DNA from: Podarcis erhardii | Taxonomy: Eukaryota | NCBI GenBank assembly: GCA_964252035.1 | Contig: OZ176200.1 | Reading direction: 5' to 3' (one strand) | Length of the DNA stretch: 64,000 nucleotides | Shown here: positions 37,913 to 48,946 of the stretch, one piece after another | Position numbering within the stretch: position 1 is the stretch's first letter | Layout: every line of letters begins with the position of its first letter | Made by a program: the position numbers and the translations under genes | Notes under the pieces: generated by a model | Seen by the model: only the letters and a program-made list of their open reading frames with translations | Database searches by the model: none | Told to the model about the DNA's origin: nothing

Positions 37913-39442
37913 TAAAAATGCTTCAATAACAATAGGTAGTTTTCAGTTTAAGGAGTAAAAGGTCTGTCAAATCATTTATTTATTTATTTATTTATTTATT
38001 TAAAAGCTTGTAAACTCAAATTTATTCTTTTGTGTCTGTACGAGTTCAGTCACAGTGTAATGGCTTCCTCTGGTTTTGGTCAATGGTATAGTTTGGAGAA
38101 TGGTATAGTTGGCAATTCAGAGGCAATTTCAGTTATTTAAATCTAAATGAGATTTGACTGTCTTTCTTTTTGTATGCATTTCCTATTCAAACATGATTAC
38201 ATAAGCTTTTCTAATGTTTTTTGGTATATTTATTTATGATATAATTTTTCAAGTTGCCATGACAAATATCCAGCTGTTGCTTGGGGAAAACAGAACAAAG
38301 AGGGACTATTCACTGTTTGACAAGTTCTTTAAAAATAAAACCTGCTCCATAGGGTTGGGGGGGCACCTGGAGCACATGGGGTGGAGACAGAGGGGAGGAG
38401 GAATAATCCAGAATGCTTCCCTCCCCTGTTCTGCTGGTGGATACTTTCTTTCAGAAGGGGGGAATGTGGGATATTACCTTTTATCTACAAATCATGTTTG
38501 CATTTTAGCCAGCAGGGGTTAATAAGACTACCAAGTGTGTTTTGTCGTTAAAAATCAGTTGTTCTGTTTTACATATCCTGAATGAAACTGACTTCAGTTT
38601 TTCGAATCCCACTTTCTGAAGTTTAATTTTGTCCTTAATTATATCTTGCTAACGAACTATTATCACAAGCAAGAGAACAGGACCTGCCGTGCAATTTGGA
38701 CATTGTGTGTGCGTGTTCTCAGCCATACTGAAAAAGAGTATGTATTGGAGCTGGTCTTGTGTGTCACCACATCTGGAATTAAACATGTGTCCTCTAGTAT
38801 ATGATGTGGCCTTGAGTATATGATTCAATAATAGACTGGTTCAGATCCTTTTCATTATAAACTTACTGAAGAAAGTGAGGAAATCGGCTGTTGCTTAACT
38901 CTGTATCATTCAATTATGGAAAAATATATTCTGCCCTTAATGGGATAAGGTTTGTAAATTGTTCAAAGCACTAAAATGCTCCTAAAATGTAACATCAGCA
39001 GCTAATTGCAGAAAAAATCCATTGTCTTTAATGGTCCAATTGCTGCTAACATTTGTTTTTAAAAGTAATACTGCATTAACTTAGAACCAGAATAATGGGG
39101 GGTACCCTGTGCTGCCTTAGTGCTATGGGAATTTCACATCCCCACTGTAGCTCCCAGAAAATTTGTGGTAAGTGGGCGTAGAGGTGAAGTTGGAGGTTGG
39201 AATCGTGTGGGGAAGGGGGAGAGGGAGTAATAAATGGAATTATATGAACTTAGCCATCTGCAGTGTCTCTGACATCAGTGGTTCCTCTGCTTCATCTGGG
39301 CTTATGAGAGATTTTGGGGGTGATTTTTGTACTTCCAGCTGAAACGTGTGGCTGAAATTCTACTCTTGCACTAATCTCCTGTACTAAAAGGCATCTCAGA
39401 AAAGAAAGTGGTAATTCCACGAAAGTGAACACAGTAGTCAGA

Positions 39443-39507
<65 letters not shown>

Positions 39508-39600
39508 CCCACCCATTTGGCTGGGTTTCCCCAGCCACTCTGGGTGGCTTACAGCGTATATAAAACAGTAACATACCAAACATTAAAAAGAATCCCATGA
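39443..39600 (-). mobile_element. Young L2-type 3' end with a (TAT)21 tail (39443-39505)
   Basis: Minus strand: tgtaagccacccagagtggctggggaaacccagccaaatgggtgggatataataataat. Confidence 0.8.
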
Positions 39601-39944
39601 GTTAAATGCATGGGCTCTTGCCCACATGAAGTCCTTGTGTTGTGTCTCAAACCTCTTTTGACTTTCTGAAGTTATGTCTACAGTGCTTTGGGTTCTGAAT
39701 GTGAACATCATATGCAAACCTCCCCCACACCACCAAGCTTAATTTTAAAATATAGAGTTGAATCCAGATGTGCATTCAGTGACATTCCATTTGCACTTAG
39801 GAGGTGATTTGTACTGATTCTTCCTTCCCACTGCAGCCCCTGAAAACTGCACTGGAGGGCTGGAGGACCCTACAGAATGACATGGGGTGTGCTACCTGGG
39901 GATGTGGGGGAAACCTGTACTGGAACTAATTCCATCTCCAAACA

Positions 39945-40074
39945 TAGTGGTGGGGAACCTGTGGCTGTCCAGCTGGTGGTGTGTTCCAATTCCCATCAGC
40001 CCCAGCCAGCATGGCCAGGGATGATGGAAGCTGCAGTCCATTAACACCTGGAGGACCACCGCTTCCATGCCCAG
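39945..40074. mobile_element. hAT-type palindromic MITE (decayed)
   Basis: gtggggaacctgtggc ... ttcccatcagcccc ... gggatgatggaagctgcagt ... ctggaggaccac; resembles the 58298 family. Confidence 0.55.
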
Positions 40075-40225
40075 GTGTAAACAAAATGAGTCTTTCTCTC
40101 AATGAAGGTGCTAATCTGGATACAGCTCATATTTTGCATTAGTCTTTAGTACAATTGTTATCTTAATAGGTTTGATTTGGCTCTTGGATTTCACTTATTG
40201 TGTATGTATATTAAAACTGTTTTAA

Positions 40226-40432
<207 letters not shown>

Positions 40433-41551
40433 TGAATGAAGAATATTTTCAAATGTTATGTTTATCCCTCTGTGTTACAGAAATGCCCTGATAAAATGTT
40501 TTAGCATAATGGTTGTTGTTTTTTAAGTATTTGATGCAAGATTTTTCTAAAAATAATTGGGAGCCATTGAGAGAATTCCTGCTTGGCATGTAGTGAAAGG
40601 AAAGCTGTAGAATAATAAAAACTGCAGTAGTCTTGTTGGGGTGGAAGAAGGTGTAACATAAGGCAGGGTTGTGGGATCAGTTTCCTAGGTTGGTGCTCTA
40701 TGATGGTCATTGTGGAGCTACAGAGAAGCCACAGTTGGTTTGTCTTTGAGAGGAAGTGAACTCCCTCTTCCTATGATTTAAATTAATATTATGTCTGTAT
40801 TTAAATTGGCCAGTGACAACTGAAGAACAGGATTTTTATGCCCCTGACTGTCAAATGTAGGGCTGAATTTAACATACAAGTGTTAGTAAAATCTCAGTCA
40901 TCTGGACATTATTATTAGTAGTAGTAGTATACAACTCTTCATCCAAAGATTGCAAGGAAGTTCACAACATAGAAATATAAAATGAGAACACAAAATACAT
41001 AATAAAAACAAAAACAAACCAATAACCCCCCCCACCTCCTACCACAAACACATTTAAAATGGTATAGGGTGTTAATCAGCCAAAGGCGTTTTTGAAGAGG
41101 AACATTTTCGCCTTGTTCCTAAAGGTCTATAATGAAGGTGCCAGTCAAAGCTCCCTGGGGAAAGCATTCCTCAAACAGGGAGTCACTGCAGAAAAGGCCC
41201 GTTCTCATGTTGCTGCCCTTCGGACCTCCTATTGAGAAGGCACATGAAGAACGGCCTCAGATGATGATGACCTCAGGATCCAGGTTCATATGGAAAGAGG
41301 GGGTCCTTGAGGTATTCCGGTCCTAAGCCATTTAAGGCTTTATAGGTCAAAACCAGCACTTTGAATTAGGCCCAAAAAGTAAATGGCAGCCTCTGCAGTT
41401 GAGCCAGGTTTGGTGTAGTATGCTCAAACCATCTTGCCCTGGTGAGGAACCTGGCTGCCGAATTCTGCACCAGCTGAAGTTTCTGAACCATCTTCAGTGG
41501 CAGCCCTATTTCTAACCTCGAGGTTACCAGAGCATAGACAACAGTAGTTAG

Positions 41552-41731
41552 ATTCATGTAGGTAGCCATGTTGGTCTGACACAGTCTAAATAAATAGAAA
41601 AATTTTTAAAAATGTCCAGTAGCACCTTAGAGACCAACTAAGTTTGTTCTGGGTATAAGCTTTCATGTGCATGCACACCAAAGCTTCTACCCAGAACAAA
41701 CTTAGTTGGTCTTTAAGGTGCTACTGGACAT

Positions 41732-41783
<52 letters not shown>

Positions 41784-41791
41784 TTTTATTT
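41552..41791. mobile_element. Penelope-like element fragment (inverted pLTR) nested in the L2
   Basis: gtagccatgttggtctg...gtccagtagcaccttagagaccaactaagtttgttc...aagctttcatgtgcatgcacac is the squamate Penelope terminal motif; 13-bp TSD caacagtagttag at 41539-41551 and 41792-41804. Confidence 0.85.
41733..41780. repeat. (TATC)12 microsatellite
   Basis: Read directly from the sequence; lies inside the Penelope insertion. Confidence 0.97.
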
Positions 41792-44663
41792 CAACAGTAG
41801 TTAGGCTATCCCTGTCCAGATAGGGGCGCAGCTGTGCTACCAGCCAAAGCTGATGGAAGGCACTTCGGGCCACTGAGGCCACCTGAGCCTCAAGCAACAG
41901 GAAAGGATCCAGAAGTACCCCCAAGCTACATACCTGCTCCTTCAGAGGGAGGTTAACTCCAAGGCAGGCAACCTCCCAGCCTTCCAGTCTAGGGAACTGC
42001 CCACTAATAGTGCCTCAGTCTTATCAGGATTGAGCTTCAGTTTGTTGGCTCCCATCCAGTCTATGACTGAGGTAAGACAATGGTCCATCACATTCACTGC
42101 CTCACCTGCAGAGCTGTGTGTCATTAGCAGATTATTACAATGAACTCCAGACCTCTGGATAACCCCACTCAGTGGTGTCATGTAGATTTTAAATAGCATA
42201 CATAGAGGATAAAATCGAACACTGAAGAACCCCACATTGAAGGTTCCATGGGGCTGAAGAGCACTCTCCAAGCATCCCTCTCTGGAAACGTCCATCCAAG
42301 GAGGACGGGAACTACCAGAAAGCAATGTCACCCACCTCTGATTCAGACAGTTGCTCCAGAAGGATACCATGGTTGATGGTCTCAAAAGCCACTGACAGGT
42401 TGAGGAGAATTAACAGAGACACATTTCCCCTTTCTTTCTCCCGACAGAGGTCATCATACAGGGCGACCAAAGCAGTTTCTGTGCCAAAACCAGGCCTAAA
42501 CCCCGATTAAAATGGATCTGGAAAGTCAGTTTCCTACAAGAGCGCCTGGATTTAGTCTGTGACTACCTGCTCAAGAACCTTGCCCAAGAAGGGGAGACTA
42601 GCAACTCCTGGTAGTTACTTAGATTTTCTGAATTCAGGGAGAGTTTTTTGAAGGACCGCCTCGCAGGGAGGTATTGATCAAGTCCCTGCCCCAAACAGCT
42701 GTCTCCTCCCTGCTAGTTGGGGTTTTTTTACAGTCAAGAGGGGCAGGGCTCCAGAGTACAAGTGGTTACCCTGAACGATCCAAGCATCTTGTCCACATCC
42801 TTGAGCCTTCCTGATTGAAACACATCCAACACAACAGGACTGGGGATTCTTAAAAGCGATTGTAACTTTCCATATAGTGATAAGGTTTCTACAGCAACGA
42901 TCCCTTGATAGCATTAGATATTTAGAAGCAAATTTATTATGGTACCCTTCAGACTTAAGCCTGTTAACACAACATTACAAAATATTGGCAACCCCTACTA
43001 CACATGAGTGTTTAAGCAAGTGCATTTTACTTAGATTAATTGAAAAATCCAGTGGATATAGATTCTCTGGTGGAATAGATCTTTAGCCTCAGGGAGGAAT
43101 ATATGTAAATAGCTATAAATTATGCCGGAAACCTAAACAATCTTAGTAAAATCCAGTAAGACTGCTTATGATACTTAAAAATGGAAGGTTATGATCCCAG
43201 TGCACTGAATGTTAAATATACATTGGCAGGTTATCACTGCTGCCCTGGACTGATTAGTGGCTTAGGAGGATGATAGATGCTCTAACTGCTAATAAGTTTG
43301 CTTTGATCTGTGTATTTACAAGAAATGTGTACAAAAAAAAAAACTTGGCAAGATTACAACTTAATTATGTGTCATTATGCTGTGTAGGAAGAATAATTGA
43401 AATGTGGCCCCTGAGACTAAATAGTGCAAATATACTGCATCTTACTTTATTTAGATAGACAGGCTAAATTAGCTGTGTGATGAATTTGTTATGAATACAA
43501 TTATTCAGTTGGTAAGTGGATGTAACACATGTCTAGGTCTGAAGAGGATCCTTACTCCATAAAATATTTCTGGTTCAAATAGTTTTTGCTGTAGATCAAA
43601 GTAGTTTTATAAGTGAATATTGACTAAGAGGTCAGGGGTTTCTGTAAAAGATGAAATATTTTGCATTGCAGTGGTTTGACTTGGGGGGAATCAAACCTTG
43701 CCCTTTGTAGAGCAAAGCAAGTCTTGAAGCATTAGCTTTGCATATTGGCTTTGAACGCTACCCATCCATGAATTTGCTAAGGCTGATCCCGCTTGCTGGT
43801 CAAGAGTTATCATAGGAACACAGGATGTGATCCAATAGTTTCACCTTGCAAAGCCATTATTTTGTTCCCAGAGCAAGAAGGTTGGATGCTATCCATATGA
43901 CGCAGTCTTATTCCAGATCAGGCTATTTGTTGGGCATGTGTTTCACATTCTCTTCTACCTGATTTTTTTAAAAAATGTTAAAAATAAAAGCAAATAAATT
44001 GGAATTTCCAGGGATTGAACCCTAGCCCTTTTTCAGTCCTTCTCCAATGTGAACTTCAGCCAGGAGAGGTCATTTTCTACATCAGTGCCACTTCCTTCTG
44101 ACCTTGGTTGGGCCACCTGCATTCTGTGTTGTTTTATTGTTTGTTTGTTTTTAAAAACTTGCTTTATCTCTAAATGGTACTATAAAATGTTAGCTAGCAG
44201 AACCTTTTCTGACCTATGAAAGCATTCCTGAGTGTTACAAAATTTATATTCTTCTGCTTAGTTTCTAAAGATATTAGCAGTGCAAACTCTTTTCAAGTCT
44301 GCTGTATTCTTGAATCTCGCCTTCAGGGTAGGAACTATTCGGGTTGCAAGTTGGAACAGTAGTTCTGCGTGTTGCTGATTTTGTTGGTGGTGGATTTCAA
44401 AGAAATGTCCACCCCGATTTTTTATTTCTTCTGTGCTGGTTGTATAAAGAACTGTTCCAGTTGAGTGTGAGGTTTTAGGGATAGCTGCTTCTGTGCTTCA
44501 TTTTCTTCTTCCAGCTTATATTGGGATATCGGAATATCCCAACTAAAATGAATTGTCACTGCTTGAGGACTGAAGAACTATCTGTTTGTTTGTATTCTTA
44601 AATCTAGGTTAACCATAGGAGTTGTAACATTATGAAATGCATAAAATTACTGTTTTTTGCTAG

Positions 44664-44841
44664 GTGAGCGTGGTCCAAGACTCAGTGAATATATCAGGAC
44701 AGTCCAGTACAAACACACTAAAGGTACCTGAATGTCGGCTAGCAGAAGATCTAGGAAATCTCTGGGAAACAACAAGATTTACAGATTGTAGCTTTTATGT
44801 AGGTGGAGAAGAGTTCAAAGCTCATAAATCTGTTCTTGCAG
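44664..44841 (+). CDS. SPOPL: SPOPL exon 6 (linker and BTB start: [59 protein letters not shown])
   Basis: Acceptor ttttgctag|, donor g|gtacct, 178 nt; BTB motif FKAHK. Confidence 0.97.
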
Positions 44842-44926
44842 GTACCTCCTCCTTCTGTATTATAATTTGTTTGATAAAATTATTTTGACCTTGTTATGGT
44901 ACTAATGCTTTTGTCTCTTGCGACAG

Positions 44927-44982
44927 CTCGTTCACCTGTTTTTAATGCAATGTTTGAACACGAAATGGAGGAAAGCAAAAAG
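44927..44982 (+). CDS. SPOPL: SPOPL exon 7 (BTB: ARSPVFNAMFEHEMEESKK)
   Basis: Acceptor cgacag|, donor aag|gtgagt, 56 nt, after an 85-nt intron. Confidence 0.97.
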
Positions 44983-45826
44983 GTGAGTGAATGTTATCGC
45001 CATATGATTTGTAAAGGAGGGTTTTGATTTTTTACAGAAAACTGTAAGCTTTTGGTGTAGATCAAGAATGCAGTAGCTGGGTAACTGGGTTAGGTTAACT
45101 GATTTTTAAAAACCTTACAATTAGCTTAAAAGGTGATTGAGATTTTAATTGAACATTGTTTAAAATGGCAATTATTTATAGTGCAGAAAAACTATGGGCA
45201 ATAGTGCCACATTAGATGGGGCATTTTGCCTTCATGCTCTCCCGGGGTCAGGGGGTGGGCTGCATTTTTAACAAGACTAACACATGGCACAATATGGCCT
45301 AGCTGCTCCTGAAACTGTCATTGTTACCAAACAAATTGAGGGGCAAAGGATATAGTTGCAAGGATTTAATATTGAGAAGCATTCAAATAAAACTGGCATT
45401 GCCTTCAAATTGGAACTTTCCCTCAGAAATGGAAATGGAGGGAGTAATTGTATGAGAAGCATAGAATTAACATGCTTGGCCCTTAAGATTAGAAGAGCTA
45501 GGCAGATTCCATCCATTTCATCAAGTGCAGTCTTATGGTTCAGCATGCTCTAGAAACCTGTCTGAAATGTATGTAGAGACCCATGGAACTAAGATGTTAA
45601 GAGTTAAGAGTCTCCGATTTTTAACTTTTGAATAGGATTTGAATGTGCCCACCACTTAGAATAGGATTCTAAGCAACTATAGCAGGAGCTAAATATATCT
45701 TATCACATTACATCAGGACACTTTGGATATGAAATAGTAAGTTATTAGGAATTACTCAGTGTAGATGGGTTGTAATATTTTAAGTTGGAACCATGACAAG
45801 TTTTTTTTTTCTGTTTCACGTAACAG

Positions 45827-45949
45827 AATCGTGTAGAAATAAATGATGTAGACCCTGACGTTTTTAAAGAGATGATGAGGTTCATTTATACTGGGAAAGC
45901 TCCAAACCTTGACAAAATGGCCGACAGCTTGTTGGCAGCAGCAGACAAA
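45827..45949 (+). CDS. SPOPL: SPOPL exon 8 (BTB: [41 protein letters not shown])
   Basis: Acceptor taacag|, donor aaa|gtaagt, 123 nt. The donor is tandemly duplicated (see findings). Confidence 0.97.
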
Positions 45950-45981
45950 GTAAGTAATTGCAGCAGACAAAGTAAGTAATT
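45938..45981 (+). repeat. Perfect 22-bp tandem duplication of the exon 8 end and 5' splice site
   Basis: gcagcagacaaagtaagtaatt occurs twice (45938-45959 and 45960-45981). Confidence 0.97.
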
Positions 45982-46119
45982 GCCTATACAAGGGCTTTAT
46001 AGGTCATTTGAATGAAACCCAAAAAGTGTTTGTTTTGGGAGATTTTTATATAGTTAAGAAAAGCACAGTAAAGAACTGGATTATTAGCAGTAGAAATGTA
46101 TTAGAAGACATAAGATCCT

Positions 46120-46692
46120 TCTGGGTATTGTCGGCCAGAAGGTGTTAAAGAAGGACCGAACATTCTTCATGTATGCAACAACGGCAGCAAGGATACTCAT
46201 CGCAAAAAACTGGAAAACTCAAGATCTACCCACACTGGAAGAGTGGCAGATGCAACTGATGGACTATATGCAACTGGCCGAGATGACTGGCAGAATCCGT
46301 GACCTGGGAGAAGAGAAGATGGAGGAAGACTGGGAGAAATTCAAGAAGTATCTACAAAAACATTGTAATTTGGTTGAATGTTAAAAAGGATGCTAGATTA
46401 TAAAAAATTGGCCACCACTAAATTAGATTTGAAATTTGACGATAAGTGAGACTAAAGAAAATATAAAATTTTTTGGAAGAAGTGCTAGATCATATTTGAA
46501 TGTGTGGACATGAGATTGTAAACAAGTTGATAATTTGTTTGGAAAAAACTTTTAACGATGTAAATGGGAGCGGGAGACGCGAGGGAGTCCAAAGAAGTGA
46601 TGAAATTATGTCTGTGATAGAAGTAAGATTGTTTATTATTTGTGCATTTATATTTAAAAACTTTAATAAATATTTATAAAAAAAAAAAAAAA
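46120..46692 (+). mobile_element. Young 5'-truncated L1-clade LINE (ORF2 C-terminus, 3' UTR, polyA) in SPOPL intron 8, sense orientation
   Basis: Open frame ...MYATTAARILIAKNWK...PTLEEW...EDWEKFKKYL*; AATAAA at 46665-46670; polyA tail; perfect 18-bp TSD tagaagacataagatcct at 46102-46119 and 46693-46710. Confidence 0.92.
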
Positions 46693-47281
46693 TAGAAGAC
46701 ATAAGATCCTATGTAGTTTAGCTAAATGCTTCCTCTCAGGTGTTCTGGGTGTCTTTAGAGAGAGCTTGAGAAACAGCTGCCTTCGTATGCTGTTGTGCGA
46801 ATTGAATGGATTTGTTTACGAGGAGTAAATATGCAAAGACAAGTGATAGAGGACTAATTCAGGCCTATTGCCCGTTACGCTGTGTCCAGACATTATCACA
46901 GTGTCACGGATACAGAGGGTGAGCTTCAGATGCGAACCCTTAACATTTGTTTAAAGCTTGAGATGACAGCAGCAGACTTTTATAGCTAATAGTAGGCAAA
47001 TTGTATTTAAGCTGTATATATACATAGGTCCTCTTCTGCCAGAGATACAGCCACCAGGTAACATAACCAGCCGGCACAGTCCCATTCCACCTCACACAGC
47101 CACTGAATGTGTGTTTGAAGGGAGTCTGTGTATTTCCTTACATTAACACAGTTGGCAATTCTTTGAGGGGCCTATTACTTCACAGTTGCTAGAAAGTATA
47201 TACCTATTAGAAATGTCTGCTTTTTAGATTAAGGTAGGAAAGAACAAATGTGAACAACGGGCTTTCCCCCTTTTCCTTTAG

Positions 47282-47424
47282 TATGCACTGGAACGGCTAA
47301 AGATCATGTGTGAAGAAGCTCTGTGTAGTAACCTCTCAGTAGAAAATGTTGCAGACATCCTCATCCTCGCAGATTTGCACAGTGCGGAGCAGTTGAAAGC
47401 ACAAGCAATAGAGTTTATTAACAG
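47282..47424 (+). CDS. SPOPL: SPOPL exon 9 (BTB end/3-box/BACK: [47 protein letters not shown])
   Basis: Acceptor ttcctttag|, donor ag|gtatgc, 143 nt. Confidence 0.97.
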
Positions 47425-47520
47425 GTATGCAGTTGATTTCCTTCCTTTAAAAAGAATTTGCATCCCGTGAAGTGAAATCTCCTGAAAAATTAATATCTGG
47501 ATATTCTCTCATTGCCACAG

Positions 47521-47574
47521 GTGCAGTGTTCTTAGGCAACTTGGTTGTAAAGATGCGAAAAACTGGAACAGCAA
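47521..47574 (+). CDS. SPOPL: SPOPL exon 10, the 54-nt SPOPL-specific BACK insertion (RCSVLRQLGCKDAKNWNSN)
   Basis: Acceptor tgccacag|, donor aa|gtacgt. The peptide matches the recalled human SPOPL insertion RCSVLRQLGCKDGKNWNSN, which SPOP lacks, so it identifies the paralogue. Confidence 0.95.
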
Positions 47575-48801
47575 GTACGTACTGGCTACGCTTCAAAACC
47601 ATCTGTAAACAGTGTGTGGTATTTGGCACAAGTCCTGTAATCAGAGTAGACCTATCAAAGCTAATAGATGTGACTACGGGTCATTAATTGGCTATACTCT
47701 GAGTAAAACGTGGTTGAATACAACCCAATCAGTTTTTGTTGTCTTGATCTTAAATTCTATCATAGCAGAATAAACAATGTATACCAAAAACAAATAATTA
47801 GAATACCAGTATCCATATAGATTTGTTCCCAACTCTCTGTTGCAAAAGAAATGAAGCCACTTTCTGTTACCAATTATTTCCTGTATCTCCATTTTCTGTA
47901 GACTTAAGCAGAGTTGAAACTGAGACTATGGGTGGAATTCCAGGTCACACTCTTCTGATTGTTCCATCTGCGCAAGCATTTCTGCTTGCCAGATGGAGCA
48001 GTTCCTCTCTCCTTCCCCTGCCCCAAATGTGCTCTTCTCGGGGTTTTCCTCATTCCCTAGAGCAAATTTGGGGGAGGGGGGAAACCATGGGTTCTGCTGG
48101 CACACTTGAGTTAGTTGAATCCGGGCTAGCAATTCTTTCCTTGTGCATAGGGCACTGAAATTGACAGAGAATATCTTCTACTGTTCTCATACCACATGTG
48201 CAGCGTCTTAAGTCACAGAAGATATTCTTGTAATATCCATCTGAAACAGTATAGGGCCTGTGCTGAAACCTTAAACAAGCTTCCCATGTTGATCCAGGAC
48301 TTGAAGATCTGAAAGACAGCTTTTGTAGTCATGGTCAAACTTAATCATGTGATTCAGAGAAGACAATGTTGGACTGACTGCAAGTTTTTAAATTCTGCTT
48401 TGGTAGCAGGGTGGCTGGGGTGACCCAACGGGATGGGTGGGGTACAAATAATTAAAAATTTGGCTTAAAATTGAAAAACAAGTTTGCTGCAGATTCTCCA
48501 AAAGCTAGATTGTCCTTTGCAGCCAAGTGCACAATTTCTAAAACAGCTGAAAAAATTCTCCTTAATAGTACAATGCTATGCATGCTTACTCAGAAGCAAC
48601 TCCCATTGAGTTAATGGGGCTTGCTTCCAGAAAAGTATGCAGAGGATCGCAGGCACTCTTCTACTCCATGGCTTAGATATACTAGCAAGCTGATTTACCC
48701 GGGAGCATGTCCCACTGAACTTACTGTAGTAACTTCAAAGTGGACATACATAGGATTGCATTGTCTCCTGAACCTGATTCTTGTAATTCTTTTATTGACA
48801 G

Positions 48802-48946
48802 CCAAGCCACGGACATCATGGAAACGGCCGGCTGGAAGTCAATGATCCACTCCCACCCCCACTTAGTAGCTGAGGCCTTTCGAGCGTTAGCATCTGCACA
48901 GTGTCCACAGTTTGGCATTCCACGCAAACGACTAAAACAGTCATGA
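48802..48946 (+). CDS. SPOPL: SPOPL exon 11 coding part ([47 protein letters not shown])
   Basis: Acceptor ttgacag|, TGA at 48944-48946, C-terminal basic [11 protein letters not shown]; total CDS 1179 nt. Confidence 0.98.

Larger units (their letters stand above)
40908..42680 (-). mobile_element. 5'-truncated L2 LINE (decayed RT domain to 3' tail) in SPOPL intron 5, interrupted by a Penelope insertion
   Basis: Minus-strand motifs GFGTETALVALYDDL, LFKIYMTPL, WMGANKLKLNPDKTEALLVG, LVTSRLE, QKLQLVQNSAARFLTR; multiple stops and frameshifts. Confidence 0.92.

Noticed and set aside
41640-41700. Active hammerhead ribozyme in the SPOPL pre-mRNA
   Set aside because: None of the Penelope remnants (20730, 22656, 22829, 41552) keeps both CUGANGA and GAAA on one strand.
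43700-43950. Possible intronic snoRNA in SPOPL introns
   Set aside because: I could not find paired C/D boxes with a terminal stem or a convincing two-hairpin H/ACA layout by eye; an Rfam/Infernal scan would be needed.
45972-46148. 58-codon open frame reading into intron 8 from the second donor copy
   Set aside because: The peptide is unrecognisable, the frame crosses into the L1 insertion, and from the real exon 8 frame the duplication places a stop after nine codons. Chance is a sufficient explanation.
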